DNA of 64,000 bases from Clostridia bacterium. GTDB lineage: Bacteria; Bacillota; Clostridia; Peptostreptococcales; Acidaminobacteraceae. The notes under the pieces were generated by a model, which saw only the letters and a list, made by a program, of their open reading frames with translations, made no database searches and was not told the DNA's origin. Position numbers and translations under genes: made by a program. Below, piece by piece: positions 36,267 to 46,062 of this stretch. How positions within the stretch are numbered: position 1 is the first letter of the stretch; the number at the start of each line of letters is the position of its first letter. Location: the NCBI GenBank assembly GCA_014859095.1, contig JACUUV010000004.1:17390-81389 (forward strand), read 5' to 3'.

Positions 36267-36849
36267 ACGACTTTTTTTGACGAATGGCATCTGTTGAATA
36301 AGGGTATTCTATTGTGATGATTTGAACCGGATTTCCTTTGAGAACGTAGATATGCTCAAGGCCGTTAAGTAGTAACTGACCCTCTAGAACAATAGTTTTT
36401 TGTGTCATATCATGACCAAAAAGATAATAATCTGCCTTTATGTCCTTTATGTCTTTAAATTCGTGAGCGACACAAAATAACCCGAATTCATTTTCAATCA
36501 ACGTAGGGCGATCAAAAATAAAAGCTTCTGGAAAATATTTCTTAAGTGTCGAATAATCATCGTGATTGCCCATGACAAAGTAGAATTTTGTATCTTTAAA
36601 TCCCTCCATCAACTGAGCTAGGTGAGCGATTTTTTTATCATAAAGATCAATTTTTTTGGGTGAATGTCCCAATTTGATGTCATCACAAATATCCCCTGTG
36701 TGAATGACATAATCAGGATGGATAGATTCCAATAGCCGTTTGATTTCCTTGTAGATCTGACTAGGTGTATCAGTCAAATGAACAAGCTTAATGGAATCAT
36801 TGCTTTTTAGTTCTGGCGGGATGATTATTTTTTCAAGTAATCTTTGCAA
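36253..36849 (-). CDS. calcineurin-like metallophosphoesterase
   Basis: LVHLTDTP (DxH-like), HTGDICD (GD), GNHD, and H...GH. TTG start. Its 3' end overlaps thiE by 14 nt (convergent). Confidence 0.65.
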   Translation of the reverse strand: MQRLLEKIIIPPELKSNDSIKLVHLTDTPSQIYKEIKRLLESIHPDYVIHTGDICDDIKLGHSPKKIDLYDKKIAHLAQLMEGFKDTKFYFVMGNHDDYSTLKKYFPEAFIFDRPTLIENEFGLFCVAHEFKDIKDIKADYYLFGHDMTQKTIVLEGQLLLNGLEHIYVLKGNPVQIITIEYPYSTDAIRQKKSFKSF

Positions 36850-36922
36850 AATTCTGATATGATCACCACCTTTTTATTTGTGATACCCAATTTAAGTGTG
36901 GATTATCCATAATTAAGACTAC

Positions 36923-37390
36923 CTAAGCTGGTAGTCTTTCTTCTCTTAGAAATACAGGCAATAAAGTGGCAGTCGTTATGATGATTGCACCTACTATGCC
37001 TTGTGCGCCAAATTGTTCACCTAGTAGCAACCAACCCAAGAATGCTCCGAAAATAGGTTCGAAAACATAAAGCAACGAAGTCCGTGATGCGGAAACAAGG
37101 CGCTGACAATAGTTGGCGATCAGGTATGCAATGCTCGTACATCCGATGCTTAGTACAAATAGATTACGAATCGCAATCTTGGAAAGTTCAAGAGAAGGAG
37201 ATTCAAACATAAGAATATAAAAAGCGACTATGACCGTCGATAAAAGCATTTTTTGAGACCGTTGTGTATTTCAATCCATAAGTATGGAAAATGAATGAGC
37301 CATAAAGGTGAAGACTCCCATTTCGGACAGTAGTGGTTTGGTTAGTGCAAAGGACGATCCCCATAATGCCACTGCCACCAGCAGCAACAT
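36923..37390 (-). pseudogene. disrupted EamA/DMT transporter gene (in-frame stop plus large internal deletion)
   Basis: Two same-frame fragments. 37390..37271 encodes MLLLVAVALWGSSFALTKPLLSEMGVFTFMAHSFSILMD and ends at TGA 37273..37271. 37249..36923 encodes the last TM helices (...LLYVFEPIFGAFLGWLLLGEQF...). That is about 155 codons in total, against about 290 for the intact EamA core at 1948..2811. Confidence 0.7.
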
Positions 37391-37407
37391 TTCATTGATG
37401 ATTTTTG

Positions 37408-38613
37408 TTAGGAAGGGAACATAACTTTTTCATTATGCATAAGCTTCCTGGAAATGCCAAGTAAGATAATTGTGACAGCAGCTGAAGTGGTAAAAGAAAT
37501 CATTACTTTTCCGAAATTTCCATCGCCGAGAAGCACTTGCTGCATGTTGATCAGATTGTTATATATCGGAACATAATAATTCATTGGATTCACAGTGCCC
37601 GAACCAAACATATTCATGAATCCCGCTATCATGATCACCATGTATGCTGGTGTGATGTAAGCGCCTGCTTCTTTAAGGGAGTTGGCAATCATTGATAACA
37701 CTGAAATGATTGTGACGTACATTCCGACAAGTCCAATCATACTGATAAAGAACATCAGGAAATCGGTTCCACCCAGTGACATTTGAGACATTTCGAAAAC
37801 ACCACTTGCTGATAAGAAATTTAATGAAAACGGAATCGAAATCAACACCCCGATGAACGAGGAAATCATGGAGATCAAGGCGACTATAGACAAACTGATT
37901 ACTTTTCCGCCTATGATTACGCCACGGTCGACTGGTGTCAGGAGCATGGTCGCAATCGTTCCGCGTTCCTTCTCACCTGCGATGGAGTCCATTCCAATGC
38001 TCATTGCACCCGCGAAGATGAAGATTGAAACAAGCATTGGCACCAGATTGGCTATTCCTCTGTCAATGCCTTGGTTTTGCGCAGGGATTTCAATGCCGGC
38101 TGTGGCCAAATCATAGACTCTTAAATAGGAGGCATCTCCTATACGTTCCGCTAAAACGGTTTGGCGATAGTTTTCCAGAAGTGCTCTCATTTTATAGTTT
38201 GCATTTATGGATTGATCGCTCTTAGGCGAATATGCGCCTTCAATCAATGGCAGTTGACCTGACTCAAAAGCCGTCAGTTTGGCTTCGAATCCAGGATCGA
38301 AATACAGGTAATAATCGTAAGTCTCATCCAAAATCAACTGCTCGGCAGTATTTCTATCAAAATTCCCTGTAATGAATTCTATGGAATCATCAGTATCCAT
38401 CATATCCATAATTGCTAGCGGCACTCCTGATCCGATGACTCGTGTGACATGGGAATCGAGGTCATCCTGTGAACGTTGGATCATATAACCCATCATGGAG
38501 TAAATCAGTGCGATACTGAGCATGGGCAGAATAAAACTTGTGATAACCAGTCTTTTGTCGGTAAAAACTCTCCGAAGTTCCTTTTTTGTGATGATCATCA
38601 AGGATTTAAACAT
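37408..38613 (-). CDS. ABC-2-type exporter permease (NatB-like)
   Basis: N-terminus KELRRVFTDKRL, a TM helix, a large extracytoplasmic loop, then 5 C-terminal TM helices with the ABC-2 pattern (GEKERGT). It overlaps the upstream ATPase gene. Confidence 0.7.
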   Translation of the reverse strand: MFKSLMIITKKELRRVFTDKRLVITSFILPMLSIALIYSMMGYMIQRSQDDLDSHVTRVIGSGVPLAIMDMMDTDDSIEFITGNFDRNTAEQLILDETYDYYLYFDPGFEAKLTAFESGQLPLIEGAYSPKSDQSINANYKMRALLENYRQTVLAERIGDASYLRVYDLATAGIEIPAQNQGIDRGIANLVPMLVSIFIFAGAMSIGMDSIAGEKERGTIATMLLTPVDRGVIIGGKVISLSIVALISMISSFIGVLISIPFSLNFLSASGVFEMSQMSLGGTDFLMFFISMIGLVGMYVTIISVLSMIANSLKEAGAYITPAYMVIMIAGFMNMFGSGTVNPMNYYVPIYNNLINMQQVLLGDGNFGKVMISFTTSAAVTIILLGISRKLMHNEKVMFPS

Positions 38614-39385
38614 TGTAGCCACCTCCCGAATTGTCGTATAATTTGAAAAAGGCGTCATCCAGATTGTCTTGACCTGTTAGAGAGTAGATTTCATCAATCG
38701 TTCCAATTGCTTTGATTTCTCCGTCCATGATTATGGCGATCCGATCGCAAAGTCTTTCGGCAACGTGCATCATATGTGTTGAAATTATTACTGTTTTGCC
38801 TTTGTCTTTGAGCAGTTGGAGATAGTCGGTCACTGCTCGAGCGGTTATGATATCGAGGCCGTTGGTGGGCTCGTCGAAAATAATGACATTTGGATCGTGG
38901 ATCAGACTCACTACGATAGACAATTTTTGCTTCATCCCTGTGGAGAGGTCTGAAATCTTGGTGTGTCTGAAAGAGGTTACCCCGAAATAATCAAATAGGA
39001 TTTTCATACGTTCATCAATGAGATTCTCAGGCATGTCATGGAGTCGTCCAAAAAAACGAGTGGTATATTCTGGAGTGAAATGCGTGTCGAGTTTGAGTTC
39101 GTTTGTTAGAAAAGCAAGTTCTCGTCTCACGGATTCACCTTGTGAACTGCCTTCGAATCCATTGACATTGATACTGCCTTCTGTGGGTTCGATGAGTGTG
39201 GCCAAGCATCTCAACGTGGTGGTTTTACCGGCACCGTTTGGACCAAGCAAACCGAAAATCTCGTTGTCGTTCACCTGAAAACTGATATTGTTTACGGCTG
39301 TTTTGAAATTGACTTTATCACCGTTCGCAATCATTTGTTTTTTTGAAAGTTTGAAAGTCTTTTTGAGATTGCTGATTTGTATCAT
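38606..39385 (-). CDS. ABC transporter ATP-binding protein
   Basis: Walker A GPNGAGKTT, Q-loop, signature LSTGMKQKL, Walker B IIFDEP, and an H-loop. Confidence 0.9.
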   Translation of the reverse strand: MIQISNLKKTFKLSKKQMIANGDKVNFKTAVNNISFQVNDNEIFGLLGPNGAGKTTTLRCLATLIEPTEGSINVNGFEGSSQGESVRRELAFLTNELKLDTHFTPEYTTRFFGRLHDMPENLIDERMKILFDYFGVTSFRHTKISDLSTGMKQKLSIVVSLIHDPNVIIFDEPTNGLDIITARAVTDYLQLLKDKGKTVIISTHMMHVAERLCDRIAIIMDGEIKAIGTIDEIYSLTGQDNLDDAFFKLYDNSGGGYNV

Positions 39386-39617
39386 GGGTTCCTCCTGTGT
39401 GAAATATATATGTACTGAGAACACATTAACATTTATTCCTGAAACAAAGCTTACTAAAATCTTAAATTCCTATTAAACAATTTTTACAAATCCTGTGGAT
39501 TTGAAGAAATATCAGTGATGGACTACTTCAAACTCAATTTGTGATTCTGGTGCTTGACTTGAGAAGCATCTCGAATTATTATTGAAATAGACTTATAAAA
39601 TGAGAGGAGTACATATA

Positions 39618-40034
39618 ATGATTCAGTGGGACAAGCAATATGAACTTGGGATAAAAACAATTGATGACCAACACAAAGAATTGATCAAAATCACCGGAAG
39701 ACTTTCTGATCTCTTGACAAATGCAATTGATGGGGACGATATTTACGATGAGATGGTGACGATCATCGAGGCCATCACTGACTATACGGTGTACCATTTC
39801 CAGTTTGAGGAAGAACTTTTCAATAAATTTGACTATCAGTTCAAGGACGCCCATATCGCTGAACACAACAAATTGATTGAAGAAATAAGAAGTCTTGACT
39901 TAAGAGCTGTTGATGAGGATCAGGTTGTCTATGGCAAAAAAATCCTGAAATTTTTAATCACATGGGTGTTCAAACATATAAGCGGATCTGATTTTCTGTA
40001 TAAAAATCTGTTTTTAGAAAAGGGAATCGTTTAA
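39618..40034 (+). CDS. bacteriohemerythrin
   Basis: MIQWDKQYELGIKTIDDQHKELI..., H...E and ...H....E...WV.KHI are the hemerythrin His/Glu/Asp ligand pattern. Confidence 0.8.
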   Translation: MIQWDKQYELGIKTIDDQHKELIKITGRLSDLLTNAIDGDDIYDEMVTIIEAITDYTVYHFQFEEELFNKFDYQFKDAHIAEHNKLIEEIRSLDLRAVDEDQVVYGKKILKFLITWVFKHISGSDFLYKNLFLEKGIV

Positions 40035-40119
40035 ATTGTATAGAAAATAATGAAAAAGCCATCAGTCTTAGATTGATGGCTTTAAAATTTGGTATAAATC
40101 GATTATGTGGAGGTATGCG

Positions 40120-41061
40120 ATGAAAAATTATATAGGCTTGGATATCGGAGGGACTAAAATACTGGGTGTCCTCTATGACGAAAAGGGGAACCCGATCATA
40201 AAAAGAAAGAAAAAAACAAAAGCGTCAGAGGGTTTGGATGTGGTCATGGAACAAATCTTCAAAGTCGTCGATGAGCTTTTGGAAGATAAATCCTTGGAAC
40301 TTATAGGCATCGGTGCCGGAATTCCAGGTCTTGTCACCGATGAGGGCATTATCACTTTTTCACCCAATATTCCTCTCAGGGATTTCAATCTTAAAAAGAT
40401 ATTGAGTAAAAAATACGATGTGCCAGTGATCATCGGAAATGATGTCAATGTGGCGATGTTCGGGGAGTTCAAATGTTTGAACAGAGATGATTTGAAACAT
40501 GTCTTGGGACTTTTTATTGGCACAGGAGTAGGAGGAGCCATCATCATTGATGGGAAACTTTACCAAGGCCAAGGTGCCGCAGCTGAATTCGGACACATGG
40601 TAGTAAATTCGGATGGAGTGTTTTGTGGGTGTGGTTCGCAAGGATGTCTTGAAGCATACGCATCAAAGTGGGCAATACAAGAATTCATTCAGTCTCAAAT
40701 CAAAAAAGGTCGCAAGTCAGTTCTGAGTGAGATTTTGGAAAGTGGAGATGTCATAAAAAGCTCCGCAATTGAAAAGGCATATTCTGAAGGTGATGAAGTC
40801 ACTGTAGAGGCAATAGATCGTGCGGTCAGATATTTGGGTATAGCTCTCGGGAGTCTGATCAATCTTTTCAACCCTCAAATGATCATTCTCGGTGGAGGTA
40901 TGATGGAATCCATGGGCAAGACTCTAAAATCAAAAATCATCGAGGAGTCAACACTTCATGCGATGCCTGGGTTGATGAAAACTGTTGAATTCAGTCTTTC
41001 AGTACTTGGTGATGACGCCGGAGTCTATGGCGCCTGTCAATTGATCTCAAACAATAAATGA
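40120..41061 (+). CDS. ROK-family sugar kinase (glucokinase-like)
   Basis: IGLDIGGTK, GIGAGIPG, NDVN.A..GE, and the ROK zinc motif GHMVV...G..CGCGSQGCLE. Confidence 0.85.
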   Translation: MKNYIGLDIGGTKILGVLYDEKGNPIIKRKKKTKASEGLDVVMEQIFKVVDELLEDKSLELIGIGAGIPGLVTDEGIITFSPNIPLRDFNLKKILSKKYDVPVIIGNDVNVAMFGEFKCLNRDDLKHVLGLFIGTGVGGAIIIDGKLYQGQGAAAEFGHMVVNSDGVFCGCGSQGCLEAYASKWAIQEFIQSQIKKGRKSVLSEILESGDVIKSSAIEKAYSEGDEVTVEAIDRAVRYLGIALGSLINLFNPQMIILGGGMMESMGKTLKSKIIEESTLHAMPGLMKTVEFSLSVLGDDAGVYGACQLISNNK

Positions 41062-41076
41062 AATTCGGAGGATAAA

Positions 41077-41250
41077 ATGTCAAAAAAATTATGTAAACTT
41101 GTTAAAGATGATATCTTGGAAGATGATTTCAAGACCTATGTCAAATATGTTAGAAAGCCACATTATGTCTGCAAAAAATGTGGCCGCGCCTCAGCAGATG
41201 AGGATATGCTCTGCAAACCGCAAAAAATAAAAGAAAAAGACAAGGAATGA
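41077..41250 (+). CDS. 57-aa Cys-containing small protein (putative zinc ribbon)
   Basis: SD GGAGGA. MSKKLCKLVKDD...KPHYVCKKCGRASADEDMLCKPQKIKEKDKE has four Cys arranged C-x27-CxxC-x11-C. It sits in the 15-nt / 4-nt gaps between the ROK gene and ppx. Confidence 0.45.
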   Translation: MSKKLCKLVKDDILEDDFKTYVKYVRKPHYVCKKCGRASADEDMLCKPQKIKEKDKE

Positions 41251-41254
41251 TACT

Positions 41255-42763
41255 ATGGAACAGACATTTGCAGCAATCGATTTGGGGTCCAATGCCATAA
41301 AGCTGAAAGTTGTTCAGACTGTAGGCCAAAGTTTTATGATGCTGGAAGACTTAAGTGTCCCCATACGGGTCGGAGAAGAAGTCTATTTGTCAGGGATGAT
41401 ATCGCTGGGGACAGTCAATGAAATAGTGGAAACTTTGAAATATTTCAGACAAGTGCTATCGGAGTATGACGTGAAGACATTTGAGATCATAGCAACAAGT
41501 GCGCTCAGAGAAGCCAGCAACACCAAGAATGTGGTCGAACTGATTCATATGAAGACAGGGCTTACAGTAGAAGTCGCCGAAGATACAATTGAAAAGTTTC
41601 TCACTTATAAATCCATACGCGACCAAATGGACAACTATAAAGAAATCAGAAAAGGTTCCCTTCTTGTGGAAGTCAATTCTGGAAGTTTTGATATCAGCAT
41701 CTATGCTCAGAACAAATTGATCAAGAATGAAGAGATTAAACTTGGAATCAAGGCACTCAAGTATACTTTGATGGACCTTGAAAAAAGAACAGTACTATAT
41801 CCGAATGTGTTGAAAGAATTGGTAGAAACCAGAACCTCCCACATTTGGCCATCCATAACATCCAGGAAATTGAAGCATTTGGTTGCCATAGGTGGCGATG
41901 CGAAACTCATCAGAGAAGTCTTGTTCAACAATGATGTCGTCATTCCAATGAAGGATTTCAAAGCGATGTGCGTCAGATCTCTGGATTGTGATTATGAGGT
42001 AAGAACAATGATTGAGGCATCGGGTGCCAACTGGTATGAATTCTTGGCGACCATCATTGTGTATGATGTATTTTCTGATTTGGTTGAAACCGAATTCATC
42101 TGGATTCCAGAAATTTCGCTTAGGGATGGTATGATCGCTGAGTTGGTGGAAAAAAATAGGAATTTGATGCGATACAAGAGTTTCAACAATGATGTCTATA
42201 CTTTGACCAAGGAAATTTGTAAACGTTACAGAAGCAGTGAGAGCCATGTCAAACAGGTGGAAAAGATGGCGCTTGCTTTTTGGGGTGCCCTGAAAAAAAA
42301 TTATGAATTCAACCCTCGTGATTATTTGCTTTTGAGATTGGCCGCAAATCTCCATGAGATTGGAAAATATACTAGAATGAAGGATTATTTGGTAACAACT
42401 TATGACAAGATAAGCAATTTAAACATTTTGGGAGTGACTCATAATGAAATCATGATGATTGCCCATACCAGCAGACTCATCACGAGCTCAGAATATAAAA
42501 CCTACGGCTCTGAGCTTGAAGGTATAAGAGATGAGGACCAAATCAGGGTTTACAAGCTCGCTTCCATTCTATCCATGGCAGATGCTCTGGACAAAGGAAA
42601 GAAACAGAGGATTCATGTGGTAAAAGCCTATGTCGACGGTGGAGAATTCATCATTGAAATCACAAAAGATGAACAGTGCATTTTGGAAGAATGGAGTTTT
42701 GAATTCACAATTACCAATTTTGAAAACACGTTCGGAGTCAGACCGGAATTGAGGGAGATATGA
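41255..42763 (+). CDS. ppx: exopolyphosphatase (Ppx/GppA family) with C-terminal HD domain
   Basis: AAIDLGSNAIKL (ASKHA phosphate-1 motif) and ATSALREA.N, with a C-terminal HD region (ANLHEIGKY). Confidence 0.85.
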   Translation: MEQTFAAIDLGSNAIKLKVVQTVGQSFMMLEDLSVPIRVGEEVYLSGMISLGTVNEIVETLKYFRQVLSEYDVKTFEIIATSALREASNTKNVVELIHMKTGLTVEVAEDTIEKFLTYKSIRDQMDNYKEIRKGSLLVEVNSGSFDISIYAQNKLIKNEEIKLGIKALKYTLMDLEKRTVLYPNVLKELVETRTSHIWPSITSRKLKHLVAIGGDAKLIREVLFNNDVVIPMKDFKAMCVRSLDCDYEVRTMIEASGANWYEFLATIIVYDVFSDLVETEFIWIPEISLRDGMIAELVEKNRNLMRYKSFNNDVYTLTKEICKRYRSSESHVKQVEKMALAFWGALKKNYEFNPRDYLLLRLAANLHEIGKYTRMKDYLVTTYDKISNLNILGVTHNEIMMIAHTSRLITSSEYKTYGSELEGIRDEDQIRVYKLASILSMADALDKGKKQRIHVVKAYVDGGEFIIEITKDEQCILEEWSFEFTITNFENTFGVRPELREI

Positions 42764-44814
42764 TGAGATTATTCAACAGGGAACTGAGTTGGCTTGAATT
42801 TAATGAACGCGTCTTGCTGGAGTCAAGGGACGAATCGCTACCGCTTCTGGAAAGAGTTAAGTTCAGCGCGATTTTTTCCTCCAACCTCGACGAATTTTTC
42901 ATGGTACGTGTGGCGGCAATCAAAAATCAGATATCACTTGGTTATGAAGCGGTGGATCCTTCGGGATACACCGCCAGGGAAAAACTCATTGCAATCAACA
43001 ATAGGGTGAGAGATCTTGTGGAACTACAAAGCAAGATTCAAACCAAACTCATAAAAGCGATGGACAATGAGGGCATACATTTCTTGAGAAAAGAGAACTA
43101 TAGTGAAAATGACCTGCAGAGGCTGGAGATGATGTTCAACATGGATATTTTTCCGGTTCTGACTCCAATGGCTGTTGATTTCACGAGAAGATTTCCACTT
43201 GTCAACAACAAAGGACTTTACATTGCAGTCAAGCTATTGATCGGTTTTGACACAAAACTGGCCATTGTTCAAGTTCCAAGTGTGTTGGACCGATTCATCG
43301 TTTTTTCAAAGGACGATGACAATATCCTATATGTACTGCTTGAGGATATCATTGAGACTTTTATCGACAGATTGTTTTTGGGACATCAAGTCCTATCCAC
43401 CTCACTTTTTAGAGTCACACGAAATGGCGACCTCAATATTGTTGAAGATGAGGCAGAGGACTTGCTGATGGTCATAGAAGAGGCTGTAAGGCTTAGAAAA
43501 TGGGGAGAGACTGTGCGCCTTGAAATCATTGAGGGTGCTGATCCCTGGCTTCACAAGGTTCTGCAAGATGCTCTGATGCTCGATGTTCAACAAGTTTATG
43601 AAATCAAGGAAATCATGGATGCAACTGAGTTCTTCAAATTAAAGGCTCCAAAATCCAAAAGCGATTTGATTAAAAAACCATACAAGCCCAACAAATTGGC
43701 ATTCATGGATAAAAAGAACATTTTTAAATTCATTAAGAATGAAGATTTGTTTGTACATCATCCTTATGAATCATTCGATTGTGTGGTGGATTTCATCAAA
43801 CAGGCCAGTAAAGATCCCCATGTGCTCGCCATCAAACAGACGCTCTATAGGGTCAGTGGAGATTCACAAATCGTAAAAGCACTTTCTGAAGCCGCTGATC
43901 GTGGAAAACAGGTCACTGTATTGGTGGAATTGATGGCTAGATTTGATGAGGAAAACAATATCAACTGGGCAAAAAAACTTGAACAGCGTGGAGTACATGT
44001 CATTTATGGCATATATGGCCTTAAGACGCACTCCAAAATCACTTTGGTGGTAAGAAGAGAAAAAAATAAGATTCGAAGATATCTACATCTTGGCACAGGA
44101 AATTACAACGACCAGACATCAAAGTTATACACAGATATGGGCATATTCACTGCACGGGAGAATTTCGGATCGGATGCGTCGGTTTTTTTCAATATGGTGT
44201 CCGGCTTCGCAACCTCTGTGAATACTCATGTTCTTAGTGTTGCGCCTTTCGATTTGAGGCAGAAGTTTTATCAACTGATTGATCAGGAAATAAAATATGC
44301 GAAGGAAGGCAAGAAAGCCAAAATCATGGCTAAAATGAATTCGCTTGTGGATATTGAGATGATAGAAAAACTATATGAAGCTTCACAAGCGGGTGTGAAT
44401 ATAAGGCTTGTGGTCAGAGGCATTTGCACATTGGTTCCCGGAGTTGAGAAAATGAGTGAAAATATCGAAATCATAAGCATCGTAGGAGAATTTCTTGAAC
44501 ACAGTAGGATCTATTGCTTCCATAACAATGGTGATCCGAAGGTATTTTTGTCCAGTGCGGACTGGATGACCAGAAATCTGAACAGAAGGATTGAACTCAT
44601 GTTTCCCATAGAAGAGAAAAGTATTGTGGTGAGGATCACAAAAACATTGGAGCTGTATCTCAGTGACAATTTAAAGGCGTGGGAGCTGACCACTGAAGGG
44701 CAATATGTCAAACGCAAGTCGAGGGGCAAAACAATTCATGCCCAGGAAATATTGAAACAATTGGAATATGACAGCAACTCGACATTTATTTCAAAATTGG
44801 CGGAGAGGATGTAA
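42760..44814 (+). CDS. ppk1: polyphosphate kinase 1
   Basis: FNRELSWLEFNERVL.E......PLLER.KF.AIFSSNLDEFFMVRV, and the autophosphorylated-His region (YG..GLKTHSK..LVVR). 4-nt overlap with ppx. Confidence 0.92.
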   Translation: MMRLFNRELSWLEFNERVLLESRDESLPLLERVKFSAIFSSNLDEFFMVRVAAIKNQISLGYEAVDPSGYTAREKLIAINNRVRDLVELQSKIQTKLIKAMDNEGIHFLRKENYSENDLQRLEMMFNMDIFPVLTPMAVDFTRRFPLVNNKGLYIAVKLLIGFDTKLAIVQVPSVLDRFIVFSKDDDNILYVLLEDIIETFIDRLFLGHQVLSTSLFRVTRNGDLNIVEDEAEDLLMVIEEAVRLRKWGETVRLEIIEGADPWLHKVLQDALMLDVQQVYEIKEIMDATEFFKLKAPKSKSDLIKKPYKPNKLAFMDKKNIFKFIKNEDLFVHHPYESFDCVVDFIKQASKDPHVLAIKQTLYRVSGDSQIVKALSEAADRGKQVTVLVELMARFDEENNINWAKKLEQRGVHVIYGIYGLKTHSKITLVVRREKNKIRRYLHLGTGNYNDQTSKLYTDMGIFTARENFGSDASVFFNMVSGFATSVNTHVLSVAPFDLRQKFYQLIDQEIKYAKEGKKAKIMAKMNSLVDIEMIEKLYEASQAGVNIRLVVRGICTLVPGVEKMSENIEIISIVGEFLEHSRIYCFHNNGDPKVFLSSADWMTRNLNRRIELMFPIEEKSIVVRITKTLELYLSDNLKAWELTTEGQYVKRKSRGKTIHAQEILKQLEYDSNSTFISKLAERM

Positions 44815-44824
44815 GGTGTAAACC

Positions 44825-45994
44825 ATGTTTTTAAGTTATTTGAAAGGCTTTGCTGAAGCAAGTGCCTCATATAGTGAACAACCTGAGTTTGAAACAGCTC
44901 ATCTGGAAAATGTCGTGCTGCATGCCATGCACCTTTGCAAAAATAGAGGGTTGGATGAAAAACTCGTTATCGCAATTGCAATGGGGCATGATTTGGGTAG
45001 GTCGCATCTGAAAATCCATGGTAAAAAGCATGCCAGGGCTGGAGCGAAGTTGATGAAAAGACTTATGGCGGATTCAAATTTCAGCATAGAGGAACAGAGG
45101 ATCATATGTGATGCGATTGAACATCACAATGAAAAGGATAAGATTCATGAGGGATATGCCGAACTCATCAAAGACGCCGATTCAATGGCACATAAAGATG
45201 ATGGGATTTTGCTTGATGATGACCGATTTGAACACTTGAGGATCATGGCGAGTGCATGCGGTCAATTGGCAATGTCCTATGCACCCGTATCCGATTGGAT
45301 CAGAGCATACAGAGAGCATGTGGAAATACTTAAAGCATTATATCTTAATTCGGAAAAGCGTAATGATCATCCTGATGAATGGGTTCATGAGATAAGAACT
45401 GAGACCAGAAAGCTGAGGACAATGTTGGCGTTGCTGTCTCCATCGGAACAAAAAGTCCAAAAAAATTTGAAGAAATGGGCTTTGGAGATGTCAGAAGCCA
45501 GATTTCTCCATGTTGCCTCAATGAAATCAGAACGTTTGTCTCCAAAAGTCAAAAAAAAATTAACTCGATTGTATAAGGAACTCAGGAAGAAGTTGGATGA
45601 AAAGAAGGTTTTAAACAGAATTGAGATGTTGAATGTTGAGATCGGGGACGAAAAAATCGTATCCGATGCATTATCCAGGTATGAGGATTTGATTATGAAT
45701 GTAACTCCAAAGCGAATGCATAACTTGAGAGTGAAGGGAAAAGCATTCAAATATCTTACACAATTGGGACTGATGGAATTTTCACCAAAGGAAATGTTGG
45801 ATGCCATCATTAGGTTGCATGATTTGCTTGGGGATTATGTCGATTATCTGGAAATGGCTGACTACTTCAAAGATTCAAGTTATAAAAATGACGCAAATAA
45901 GTTGTTGGAAGAGATTCAGGGCGAGATTTTTTTTATTAGAAAAATCATTCTTTGTTGTACAACAACAAAGAATGTGCGGTATAATTGGTTGTAA
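44825..45994 (+). CDS. HD-domain / CHAD-domain fusion protein
   Basis: N-terminal HD domain (H...AIAMGHDLGR...HA...IEHHN...DADSMAH). The C-terminal about 200 aa is helical with CHAD-like basic repeats (WVHEIRTETRKLRTML..., MHNLRVKGKAFKY). It follows ppx-ppk1 after 10 nt. Confidence 0.6.
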   Translation: MFLSYLKGFAEASASYSEQPEFETAHLENVVLHAMHLCKNRGLDEKLVIAIAMGHDLGRSHLKIHGKKHARAGAKLMKRLMADSNFSIEEQRIICDAIEHHNEKDKIHEGYAELIKDADSMAHKDDGILLDDDRFEHLRIMASACGQLAMSYAPVSDWIRAYREHVEILKALYLNSEKRNDHPDEWVHEIRTETRKLRTMLALLSPSEQKVQKNLKKWALEMSEARFLHVASMKSERLSPKVKKKLTRLYKELRKKLDEKKVLNRIEMLNVEIGDEKIVSDALSRYEDLIMNVTPKRMHNLRVKGKAFKYLTQLGLMEFSPKEMLDAIIRLHDLLGDYVDYLEMADYFKDSSYKNDANKLLEEIQGEIFFIRKIILCCTTTKNVRYNWL

Positions 45995-46062
45995 ATCATG
46001 AAGGAATTGTAATAAAAAAGTCAAATTTCTTAAAGATATAGTTTTTTATGAAGGGGAGAAAA

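Noticed and set aside
37271-37273. In-frame TGA in the EamA fragment read as selenocysteine or programmed read-through.
   Set aside because: There is no SECIS-like hairpin immediately downstream, and EamA transporters are not selenoproteins. The flanking sequence also shows a large deletion, so gene decay is the simpler explanation.
41795-42355. Long antisense ORFs inside well-supported genes. Examples are the 186 aa ORF opposite ppx, 185 aa at 6846..7403 opposite the AGCS gene, 147 aa at 19529..19972 opposite the helicase gene, 139 aa at 8942..9361 opposite the regulator gene, and 141 aa at 45385..45810.
   Set aside because: They lie opposite genes with clear family signatures. Their products are low-complexity or compositionally odd, have no SD and match no recognisable family. 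They are typical shadow ORFs.
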